Assembly (NCBI GenBank): GCA_036172245.1
Contig: JAYWIR010000002.1
Span: 6,200,001-6,264,000, forward strand
Direction: 5' to 3'
From: Raillietiella orientalis
Lineage: Eukaryota
Length of the DNA stretch: 64,000 nt
A program made the translations under genes and the position numbers. The notes beneath the pieces are model-generated. The model saw only the letters and a list, made by a program, of their open reading frames with translations. It was not told the DNA's origin and did not search any database. Positions 1 to 11,124 of this stretch are shown one piece after another. How positions within the stretch are numbered: position 1 is the first letter of the stretch; every line of letters begins with the position of its first letter.

Positions 1-400
1 AGAACCGCCTGCTTGTTTGAAACCCCCGAGAGTTGTCCTTTTCCTCTGCTCACATCTCAGCTCCCAGTGTGAAGCGTTTTCCTCCCTTCTGATGAACACC
101 GAGGAGGACCCTGAAGCAATCCCGGTGCTCGGGGTCTCCTAGGAAAGAAGCCTAATCCAAAATCTGCGGAGCGCCCCTTCGGTTAGGATATTCCTCTATA
201 CCCCATTTCTGGATTGAAACGGAAAGGTCATTTTCTCCTCTGACAAAAGTCTCCCCTATGGCGCCCGGCATGGCATCACACAGCCAATTCCTTGCTGCAC
301 AGTGCAGGAAAAACTCTTGGTGAGCCGCTGCCTTCTGCGAGATGTGCACGGAGAAGCCAGAAACAGGCACTCGCCCGTGTTGCAGACACTGAAATCAGGA
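1..400 (-). mobile_element. Possible highly decayed third fragment of the 5' region of the 14.3-16.1 kb retrotransposon family
   Basis: Shares short motifs, in the same order, with 15840-16130: gcgccccttc (171 vs 15850), tttctggatt (206 vs 16081) and ctcccctat (251 vs 16119). No intact domain is visible. Confidence 0.3.
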
Positions 401-1674
401 CTTCTTTCTCCCTTACGGGTTTCTGAACCAAATACAAGTAACATGGTGATAAATAAAGATAACGATGGGGAAAAAAGTAGATGAGAGAGATTTTTTTTTT
501 CTTCTAGAAAACAAAGCAAAATTCCTTTCCATTTTAATTTTCCACTTCGCATGCTGAAATAAGAACTTTCAATATGCAACGCTTAAAGATTAAAATAAAT
601 TCAGGAGTCATAGATCCAGTCTCCACTAAACATCTGTTTTCAGACAAAATAATTACAAATAAAAATGAAAACAGCATCTCAACTTCAGCTCCGCTTGTAT
701 GTCTGACGACTTTTTAGGGAAGTGTCCTACGGCTAGCCATGATGATTAAAGATGTTGCTTCCGAAAAACAGGTTGCTTGGTTGGAAACCGACACTCAAAT
801 TTCAAGGAGCACGGTGTTGCGCTGAAGTCAAGCAAACTTGGGAGATCTTGGCGCCTCGTCCTTGTAAACAGCGGAACCCAAATTCATTAAAAGAACGAGC
901 TATTTTCGAGCAACCACTTTTCATCTGTTTGCATTAATTGCTTTTTTTTTTTTTTTTTTTTACTGCGAGTGGGCACGGATTTTTCAAGGGAGTATTTGAG
1001 TAACGAGACCTAGTCTTATTCATTTGCCATGCAAGTACAACCTTTTGGAATTCTGAAAGGTTGTGCATCAAATTTGTCGGATGCACAACCGCTGCTTTCC
1101 TTTGAGTTCTCGGGTTCTGGTACCCCTCCAGAGTTACGAAACTGTTATGTAAGAATTGCCTCACCGCGGAGAGTTTTTTTTTTTCCTTCCTTTTTTTTTT
1201 TTTTTTTTTTTACGATGTTTGTATTTTAATTTACTCTTCAGACCTTCTAACGAACGCGACACTATTTTTAACTGTGTTTGCTTTGGAAGTTCTCTCGCTC
1301 TGTTTTCATGGTGCACCTTCAGTAGGGGCTTTGCAAAGTAGCGATGTTTGCAGTCACCACGTGTTTTGTGGAGCAGGTACTGATCACGTATTCTGAATGT
1401 GAGTATTTCGTGGAATAATTCTTGCATCAGATTTGTTTTGAGCCAGATTTAAAAAAAAAAGAAAAAGATGTGAATTATTATTTTAAAAACTTTTCCTCAG
1501 CATTTGGAAGTTTCTAGTGGACCAACGAAATTGATAGTGGTGTATTGACTGGCACTCGTTAAAAATAAACTAACAGCAAACTGTTGTTTTCGAAACATTT
1601 TTCGAAGTGACTGAAATTTGCGTGGAAAACGTGAAGTGTTGTCAGCTACCAGGCCATCGAATCGTCGTCGCAAG

Positions 1675-4600
1675 ATGCCATACAGGAGGATGCCGAAACT
1701 TAAAATTGGAATCGCTACCACTGCCGTTTGTGCAACTTTGGCATATTATAAACTGAAAGTTCAGGTAGTCATTATTCACCAGCATATTTACCCGCGTTCT
1801 TAGAAACGACATTGTTTACTATGTACATGATATCTGAAATGATTTTGCACCTGCAACTCTTGAAATCTCAATGTCAAGAGTTCGAAGCAAAGGTGATAAT
1901 CATTTTCGGTTCACGATTGACCCAGTTTTTTTATTTCCCGCGTTCTACGATGAATAATTCCCGATGACCCTCAGCACACTCGAGATATTTAATTTTTTGC
2001 GATTTTGACGTGAACATCAAAGTGATAACTGTTCTCCCTCCCCAACTGCTGCATGAATGTTAAGCAAGGTATTAACATTAATGTTGAAATGATGTTATTG
2101 TTTGTTTTGTAGACTCAGATCTCTGCCGAAGAAAAGCAGCATGCCGTAACTATACGGAATAGGAGTCTTCCTAGTAGGAAGCAGCAATTGGAATCATTGA
2201 GAAATGAACAGTTTGATGTTCTTGTGATTGGTGGGGGAGCCACAGGGTGTGGTGTGGCCCTGGACGCCGTGAGTAGAGGTAATGTGGCCCTCAGTTTGTT
2301 GTAGTTTTTAGAATTTAGAATTTCTTTAGGGTTAAAGACAGCATTGGTTGAAATGGATGATTTTGGATCTGGAACCAGCAGCCGTAGCACTAAGCTGATT
2401 CATGGTGGAGTTCGCTACTTACAGACTGCTGTCATGAAGTTAGATTGGGAGCAGTATCGTATGGTGAAAGAAGCCCTGCACGAGAGGGCCAATCTTTTAG
2501 CTATAGCTCCTCATCTCTCTCATCCTATTCCAATTATGCTCCCACTATACAAGTAAAAGTTGGCAAGAAAGGAATGAGTTGAGCATGAGAAGGGTGTTTC
2601 AGGTGGTGGCAGATTCCTTATTACTGGGCAGGCATCAAGCTTTATGATTGGGTAGCTGGATCCCAGCGTTTGAAGTCTTCTTATTATCTGTCCAAGAACA
2701 AGGCTTTGGAACTGTTTCCCATGCTGAGACGTGATAAGCTTGTGGGGGCTTTGGTGTACTATGATGGTAGGTTGATGCTAGATAACCTTGTGAAGATCAC
2801 CAAGGGGCCACACAGGAGCACATGATGATGCACGCATGAATTTAGCCATTGCTTTGACAGCTACAAGACTGGGAGGCACTATTGCAAATCATGTAGTAGT
2901 AACAAGACTACTCAAGACTCCAGGAGACAATGGAAATTCAGTTGTGCATGGAGTCCACGTGAGGGATCAACTGACCAACCAAGAATGGGACATCCAGGCC
3001 AAGTAGACATTTGGATGCTTCCCAAATGTGCTAATGACAACAGATGTGTGGTAAATGCCACAGGCCCCTTCAGTGATTCCATTCGTTTTATGGACAATCC
3101 AGAAGAGGAACCTCTTGTGCAGCCAAGTTTGGGAGTGCACATTGTGCTCCCAGATTACTACAGGTGAGAAGGAAACTGGGAAAAGGAGGGAAGCATTTGT
3201 CGCTCCTGCTTAGCCCATCAAACATGGGACTGTTAGATCCACATACGTCAGATGGTCGAGTCATTTTTTTCCTGCCTTGGCAGAAGCACACAATTGCTGG
3301 CACCACAGATGCACCTTGTGAAATTACTGCACATCCGACACCAACAGAAGCAGACATTCAGTTTATTCTGAAAGAAATACGCAACTACTTAGGGGAAGGT
3401 TTAGATGGTAAAACTTCATCCCATGTAGCATAGCATCCCTGGCTGGTTTCATATTAGTTAGGCGTGGTGATGTTTTATCTGCCTGGGCAGGGATACGTCC
3501 TTTAGCTCTAGATCCGAAAAAGAAGGACACCCAGTCTATTGCACGCAATCATGTAGTTGATGTGTCTTTATCTCATCTTGTAACCATTGCAGGAGGCAAG
3601 TGGACAACCTACAGAGCTATGGCCAAAGATACTGTCGATGTTGCTGTGAAAAGTGAGTAAATGGTGGTTCTACCTGCTGTTTCTCATGGGTTGATTAGCT
3701 TGCATGCTGCCTCAGAAGAATGTATGTGTCACCAATGGCCTGCTGCTAGAAGGAGCTTACCATTGGACACCCACTCTTTACATCCATCTGGTCCAAGACT
3801 TTGGAGTAGAGACAGATGTTGCTAAACACTTGGCCCAGGCATATGGTGACCGTGCATTCTCAGTGGCCAAACTAGCCAGACTGACTGGGAAACGGTGGCC
3901 GGTAGTAGGACGCCGCCTACATGAGGAATTCCCTTATATTGAGGCTGAAGTGCGCTATGCAGTGCGTGAATATGCCTGCACCATCATAGATGTCATTGCA
4001 CGACGCATGCGATTGGCCTTTCTGCATGTGCAGGCTGCCCAGGAAGCATTACCAACTATTCTGAACATCCTAAGTGAGGAGTTTGGTTGGTCAGATGAGG
4101 AGAAAGAGGTAACAGGAAACACAAAACTGTACTCTACTTGAGGCTCAGAGACAATCTGCAATGGCAGAAGAATTTTTGCAAAAGGAAATGGGTGCCCTGG
4201 TCAACCGAACCTTGCAGGAATCACAGCCCATTTCACTATCCAGAGATGAAATTGCTGAACACATGAAACACTTTCGTATTCTGGATCAAGACAACAAGGG
4301 TTACATCACCCTGAATGACTTGCGGCTAGCTCTCAAGGTAGACTGAGGTGGTAGCAAAGAGTTTTTCTTCTTCTTTTTGGCAACCATTTGCCTTCTTGAC
4401 AAATGGTTTGTGCATGTGGGGGAGGGGGGGGGGCAAGAAAAAGCAGTTGGGAATGGGAAAACAACTGGCAATGCTAATATCATTATGCATTAGCTAGTTT
4501 GTAAAAAGGAATTCCCTTCCCTGCCGATTTTGACATGTTTCCCTAGAAAGCTGGCCAGGACACCTCAGGTGAATTTCTCCACGACGTACTTCACGAAGTT

Positions 4601-4836
4601 GACTTGAACCGCAATGGGCAAATCGAATTCGACGAATACTTACAGGTACGTGATAAACAGATTGGCGTGCTTGGTGGATTTGTTTTCGGTGCTGCCAATG
4701 TATGTATCTATAGATGATGTCATTAATAAAATCGGGCAGCATCACTCACTCCCGATTAGCTCATGTGGCCCATATGAAACAGGTGGAAAACGTTTTGCAT
4801 TTGGTACCAGTAGAACGTAGTGGTGGTGGTTTATAG
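1675..4836 (+). CDS. GPD2: Mitochondrial FAD-dependent glycerol-3-phosphate dehydrogenase, 12 exons: 1675-1764, 2113-2278, 2330-2552, 2603-2766, 2816-3002, 3044-3163, 3214-3407, 3458-3652, 3699-4108, 4149-4337, 4547-4645, 4714-4836
   Basis: All GT-AG junctions keep frame. Motifs: FDVLVIGGGATGCG (FAD binding), GTSSRSTKLIHGGVRYL, VVNATGPFSD, DGRVIFFLPW, SAWAGIRPL, TIAGGKWTTYR, EF-hands DQDNKGYIT and DLNRNGQIEFDEY, and C-terminal VERSGGGL*. N-terminus is basic then hydrophobic, like a targeting peptide. Confidence 0.97.
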
Positions 4837-4888
4837 CAAAATAAGTTTTTTTTTTTTTTTTCCTTTAGTACTTGTTGACGTATAGATG

Positions 4889-4894
4889 AATAAA
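4889..4894 (+). promoter_or_regulatory. Polyadenylation signal of GPD2
   Basis: AATAAA 52 nt after the GPD2 stop codon and before the CpG-rich Sp upstream region. Confidence 0.55.
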
Positions 4895-5319
4895 TTATTT
4901 ATGAAACTACAATCATGCGCATTTATTGGTACTCAGCCCGCATTGCATTCACAGCCCATCTGTGACAGAATATGGTGAGCGGAACCTCGCTGCAAACTTG
5001 GCACAGTTTCAAACACTTGGGACGAAATGAAAATTCGAACCGACAACACATGTAGTGGCATACGGGGGGGGGAGAGAAGGGGGGAAAGAGAGAGAGAGAG
5101 AGAGAAAAAAAAAAAAAAACTTGCCGCGTCGCCGCTGCACAAGACCGGAACCCGGCACGGCTTTCCCTCCGCACAGCGAACCTTCCTCCCTTTTTTTTTT
5201 TTTTTTTGTTGCTCCGGGAGAAGCTGGGATCACGGAGCGCGTCCCTCCGGGACCACCTCGCCGTCTCCCGCGTGCTCCGAGCCAAGAGGACGACTCCGGT
5301 GCCTTCATTTTGATATGCG

Positions 5320-5425
5320 AGAGGGCGCGGACGGGGGGAAGGAACAACAATCGATCAGCCAATGGGAGCGCGCGTTTCCACCAGGCGTAGCTGGATGTGC
5401 TAACGTTTTGTCTACGCCCCAAATG
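5320..5425 (+). promoter_or_regulatory. Putative Sp gene promoter and first exon (CCAAT box, GC-box-like sites)
   Basis: CpG-rich. cagCCAATggga at about 5356-5367 matches the NF-Y consensus. ctacgcccc at 5412 resembles an Sp/KLF site. ATG at 5423-5425 is followed directly by a GTAAAG donor. Confidence 0.4.
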
Positions 5426-8235
5426 GTAAAGCCTCGTAAGGATAAGTCGCATTACCAAAGTTTCGTGTCACACATTTCTGGCATTGATTTGTTTTGATTT
5501 CGGAAATTTATTAATAATTATGTGAGCCCGATCCATCCGTTACCGTACCGAGCCAGGAAAAAAAAAAAAAAAAAAAGGAAAAAAGAAGAAAAAAAATTTT
5601 TTTTTTTCCCCACTCGATAACCTAGCGAAAAAGCGTGTATGCTAAAGTGGAGTTTCGTTTCGTTAGCAAAGGTAGTTGTGGCCCCGCCTTATACAGTGCA
5701 ACCGGCAGATCAGAACCGAGCCCTTCTTGCAAAATAGGATCACCGCAAGGCAACGAGGGAGGTGCTGGGGGTGACAACCCCGCCAGTTCTGCCGTTCGTC
5801 TTGTTGGTCAGTCCCACTCGGAAAATGGAGGAGGAGGTATAATTGCCGTGCCCGGGACTCACGGAGTTATACCGCTGCTCTCCGGAGGAGGTTGTGTATT
5901 GGGGTCTCTGGAAGTGAGCATTTTCTGCTCTGCCAACAGCAGCCAGCGCGCAGATATCTGCCGGCAGTACGACTTCGAACGAAAATGGCAATCTTGGACC
6001 GAATGCGACCAACCCACAGCAACATGGACAAAGCAAAAATGCTGTTCACCACGGTCAGTTGGGACTGCCCTCAGTCGTTTCCCTTGGAAATATGCCTGGA
6101 CAAATCATACAGGTTGGAGAATGTTTCGCTTGCTTGCCTATTCTTACTTTTATTTTCCTTTTTTTTCCTTTCGGACTGCGACTCCTCCCCCCCCCCCCCC
6201 AAAAAAAAAAAATTCAGCACACAAAATTTCTATTGCATTTCCATCCTAGCCTTAGTCGCGAGGAAATGGATGCCACGGCCATCCACAGTAAGATTACCGT
6301 GATCTCAGGGTTTGCGCGATGTGTGCCATAACGTTCTTGCAGCCTAAACGATGTATGCATTCTCGGTGCCTAAAGTTGCAACTTGCGTGCTCGTAGCAGG
6401 CAACCCGGTCCGTTTGTTCGGCCATTCATTAATATTTGTAAGACTTGGTTACGATTACATGATATACATGCATGACACGAGTAGACTTGAAATCATGAAG
6501 AATTGTCAGTTGATATGTGTGACAGGTTCTGGGTGTTTTGCATTATAGGCTGCCACAGGTGCCCATTTGATAGCTACTGGCACGCAGGGCACTTCTGGTA
6601 ACGTGATGTCTCAGATGCAGGCCTTTACACTAGATGGACAGGAAGCTATTTTTATTCCTACTTTGGGTCAGAACAATCAAACTCTTCAGATGGCTGGCAC
6701 TGGCCAGGCTGTTTTAATGCCCACAGTCATTCGTACACAAGGTTTATTGCCCAATATGGTACAGGGCTTGAACTTGGGAGGACAGACTCTTGCTGTGAGC
6801 CCTGGTTAGCCATCTAATTAATTCTAGAGAATATTACAAGCCCAATTGAAGGTCAGAGTATGTCTGTCAGGCCCAGTGTGATGCAGGTCCAACAGACCAT
6901 CCCGGTGCAGATTCCCATGTCCGCTGCCAGTGGACAAACTATCTACCAAACTGTGCATCTTCCTGTACAAACCATGTCCCTCCAGAACCTGTTTCCTGGA
7001 CCAAGCAGCCAGCAACTTGTGGCCCAAATTTTGCCCCAGTTGGCCCAGATGCCACAGCAAGTTGCACAGTACATTACTCCCCAGGGACAAATTCAGCAGG
7101 TGCAATTAGTATCTTTGGGCCATCCTGTACAGCAAGTGATTCCTGTGGTCAGTTCTCCTAGTACGTCACTGACATCTTGGGCTCCTAGCACACCCACTTC
7201 TCCTTCCACCCTTGCAACAGTGAGTAGCCCGGAACCTTAAAGAGTGTGTGTACTGTGTGCTGCTCAGCCTACCAGTTCGTACACACCAGGCAGCCCCGAA
7301 TCTGCCCATCAGATTAGTAGCAGCAGCGATGCTGGTAACAGCAGTCCCGCCCAGTCAGCCAGTAATGGACAGCTTGCTATGCGCCATTCTGGAGTTATGC
7401 AGGTCATTTGAACAGCAGTTATCCAACTGACTTCCATCTACAATATCAGATTGGGAATGTGTCTGGATTACCAGCTACTATTCCGATTCAGAATTTGAAC
7501 ACCATGCAAATCATTGGTCAGTCTGCTCCTGCGCCAGCTTATGTAGGACAACAGTCATTGGCTCCTGGAACACAGACTATTATAGCAGCCACGTCATTAC
7601 AGGATGCTGGGGAAGTGAAGTGGTTCCTGGCCAATCAGAGTAGTTCAGTGGCTTTTGCCCAGTGCTCAATGCCTGTGTCTGCAGACACAAATGAACCAGC
7701 AAAGCCCAAGCTACGCCGAGTCGCTTGCACTTGTCCAAATTGCAGGGATACTGATCGGAATGTGGTGGGAGAAAATCGTCGCAAACAACATGTTTGTCAC
7801 ATGCCTGGCTGCAGCAAAGTATACGGGAAGACATCTCACCTTCGTGCCCACCTACGATGGCATTTGGGAGAACGCCCTTTTGCTTGCAATTGGCTGTTTT
7901 GTGGCAAACGTTTTACACGATCTGATGAATTGCAGAGGCATCGACGTACACACACAGGGGAAAAACGCTTCCAGTGTACAGAATGTTCCAAACGATTCAT
8001 GCGCAGTGATCATCTCTCAAAACACTTACGCACTCATCAGCGCATCAAAGTTATCTCTGATGTGAGTTAGCATTTTGAATCTTGTTACTGTCTGTTCCAG
8101 AATTCTCCTACTTCCAGTCAATTAGACCCTATGCTGATCATTGTACAGTCAGAAGCTGATCAGTCAGATCAGGGAGTTAGCAAAGAAAAGGAACCCCTAT
8201 TGGATGAGTTCGATTCAAGAAATCACACTTCTTGA
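5423..8235 (+). CDS. Sp1-4: Sp1-4 class transcription factor (Q-rich N-terminus, buttonhead box, 3 C2H2 fingers). Exons 5423-5425(?), 5812(?)-5913, 5954-6053, 6559-6794, 6830 or 6857-7219, 7268-7402, 7450-8061, 8101-8235
   Basis: Btd box [11 protein letters not shown]. Fingers [46 protein letters not shown] and [21 protein letters not shown]. Long Q/S/T-rich activation region as in Sp1/3/4. The first two exons and one acceptor are uncertain. Confidence 0.93.
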
Positions 8236-9275
8236 CATTGCATCTTAATGCTTTCTCTATAGGATAGTCCGAGCAATGTCTTGATCTACAGCATTTTTGA
8301 GCAAAAGATTCGTTTTGCATGTCACAATGACAAAGCCCCACATTTGAAATATCAATATTTTCCTAATGTTTCTACTAATGGCATCTGTTGATAAAAGAGA
8401 TAACATATGCCTTTAGATTTAACTTTTGTTAGTTGGTGCTACTCAGCGTTAATAAATACAATTTTTTATATATTAGCTAGCATAATGCATCAACAGTTAA
8501 TTTCATGGTAAACTACAGTTAAGCATACATAATGCATAAAATGTGAATTTTTACATTGTGCTTTATTTTGCTAACGATAAAAATTATTTTCAATACTAGG
8601 GCACCAGAATACAGATGTATGGTAACAGTTGACCTTCCTCCATATTGAATATAGATTATTATGATTGACACTTCAGTTTATTATTTATCTCATCTATTAA
8701 AGGGCATTGAAAATTGATGTATGTTTGCTAAAGCTGCTGCATGCCGTATTTTCTAACTTTTCAAGAATCATATTAATTGATGCCTTTTGTTGAGTTAACT
8801 TATCCAGCAGTAGTGTGTGTAAAATATGTGACAAGATATGTATTCTAATGAATTAGCTATAACTGCAACGAATCAAATAAATATTGTATGGGGTAAGCAC
8901 CGATAGGTAAGTACACACTAGGATAAGTGAGTGTTCAAGCCACAAAAGTGGAATTAACTAGATACAAAAGTTGCTGTATCCTTTTTTATCCTAAAGCATT
9001 TTCAGAAAAAAAAAAAAAAAACAGAATGAGTGAAAAAGACTGAATGAGCTGAGACATGCAGGTTTGATTGAGTTGCTTGCCAAACCGCATTAATGAACTG
9101 CAAAACCTGACGGCCTCGGTGTGTCCTGTGATCGACTTTCCGGCGTGGCGTGGTTGTGGTGGAAGCTGTGTGGTTAAGCGACTGTTCGATGGGGTTGGTC
9201 GGCCGCATCCCCGGAGCCATCCACCGTGATACGGCTGCCCGTTTTGGCGATGCAGTTGGTGGCGAACGCGCGTGT

Positions 9276-9725
9276 TCAAAAGGCCGTGCACGTGCAGAGC
9301 GGACACGTTGCCGACGGACGCGTCCCAGCACGCGGCAAAGAAGCACCACCGAAAGGGAAGGTGTCTGGAGATGGCTTCGAAGGAAGCTTCTCGGGACCAT
9401 TTTCACTTTCCTCCGGGGCTCCGCCTCGCGGCTGCTCTTCGGCGTGCTCCGTGTTCGTGCGAGCTGCGGTGGTAAATAAAAATGACGAATTGATGACCCG
9501 GCGTTTGGGAGTGGGTGTATGTGCATCCTTGGACCCGACGAAATCGAACGGATAAATATTTACTCCTTTGGCAGAATTACGAAGTGGTGTTGATCACTTC
9601 GGAGTCCTTCGCCCCCCCCCCCTTCCCTCCCCCCCCCTTTTCCCTCCCTCCCTCCTCTCGTTACATTTGTGACGGTTGAACCTACGTGCAATCTGCAAAT
9701 CACGAATGCTGTAAAGTTGACAGCT
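9276..9725 (-). CDS. Candidate last two exons (9665-9725, 9276-9463) of an unrecognised gene convergent with Sp
   Basis: cttcgcag| acceptor, |gtaacg donor and ccaccgcag| acceptor keep one frame: SCQLYSIRDLQIARRFNRHK-S-RTNTEHAEEQPRGGAPEESENGPEKLPSKPSPDTFPFGGASLPRAGTRPSATCPLCTCTAF*. No start exon resolved. Confidence 0.3.
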
Positions 9726-11061
9726 CTGCGAAGTGGATAAAGTTTATTGCGAGCTTCATGAGTGATAGTTTTTCTGTTCCTCCTCCCTCGTATTTTTGAG
9801 CACGGTAGTGTAGTTTTTGCTTCTTTCCCTCCCCCCCCCCTCCCCCACATCATTTTCGCAAAAAAGGATGCTTATGCAGATGGAACCTTAAGGGTAAATT
9901 TCGGCAGTTGAAAAACACGGAAAATTATAAATTAATAAAGATCGTGCGAAAGTGTGTTTTTCATACTGTGTAACTCGTACTATGAATTTTTTCTAAAAAA
10001 AAGAAAAAGAAAAAGTGGAAGTCCTCTAAATAAGGGTGAGGGAGGAAATTGCAATCGCGGTACTGATATCTTGAAAGTGAAAACATGATTTCCTAATCGA
10101 TGTTTGCATTTGGCAGAAGCATGACCCTTTGCCTGGGCTTTACTCCTTCCTCTACCACAAATTGCTAATTCCCCTTAATTGAGACTGCTGTGCTATAAAT
10201 GTTTCTTCCCTACGGCTACGTCGCCTTCGTTTTTGCCATCGTGCTCTGAAATCTTCCACTCTTTGTCCTCAAGCTGAGTGGCTGTCTCTTCAAGCTAACC
10301 ACAGTGGTTGACTTTGGCCTCAAGCACGCATTCTTCTTTTCGCTTTTCCCCCATGTGCCGGTGCTTCTGCTTCAAAAGATAGAGGAGGAGGCGGGGAAAG
10401 GATTTTTTTTTTCTTTGAACCCATCCCACCAGTTTCCAAAGGAGATGATCCCTTAGATACCCAAATCCCATACTGCATTTTGTTTTTTTTGTTTTTTTTA
10501 AAAAAAAAGCACATCTCATCCTGATCCGCAGCTGAACTTGTCAAAGCTCAATTACATTGCATCTCTTGTCGCATCTCGACTTTGAAGAGAAATTTTCATT
10601 GCATGAATTTAGAAATGAAGTGTAGAAATCATTGTGTTTGAAAAAAAAAAGAAAGAAAGAGAAACTGCTCTTCTTCCAGCTGTCTAATTTGTACTCATTG
10701 CTTGATGACTTTTCAGTGTGTTCGCATCACATGTGGGAATTTTTCGTTGTATCCATTGGTAATCCAAGGATAGAATTTCTGTGTAACTGGGGAAAGTTGA
10801 GACTAACTGGATGTGCTCATTCACCATCTTTTTAACAATTTTTGCTGTTGATAAACGTGTAAGCAGGAAGGATGAGTGCAACTGTGCTGCACGTCGTATC
10901 TTAGATTGCGCTTTTGCGATTTTTCTTCCTTTCTCTGCTTTCTTTTCGTCCCCTTTTTTTTCTTTTCTTCCCTCCCACCCTTCCCTTCCCTTTTTGTTTT
11001 TATCTTGGACCGTAATTATTATAGAATAACCCTTATGTGACCCAAATAAAAATGTTTGGTC

Positions 11062-11124
11062 ATATATATATATATATATATATGTAATATATATACATAT
11101 ATATGTGTGTGTGTGTGTGTGTGT
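11062..11124. repeat. Compound (AT)n-(GT)n microsatellite
   Basis: Directly visible dinucleotide runs. Confidence 0.95.
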
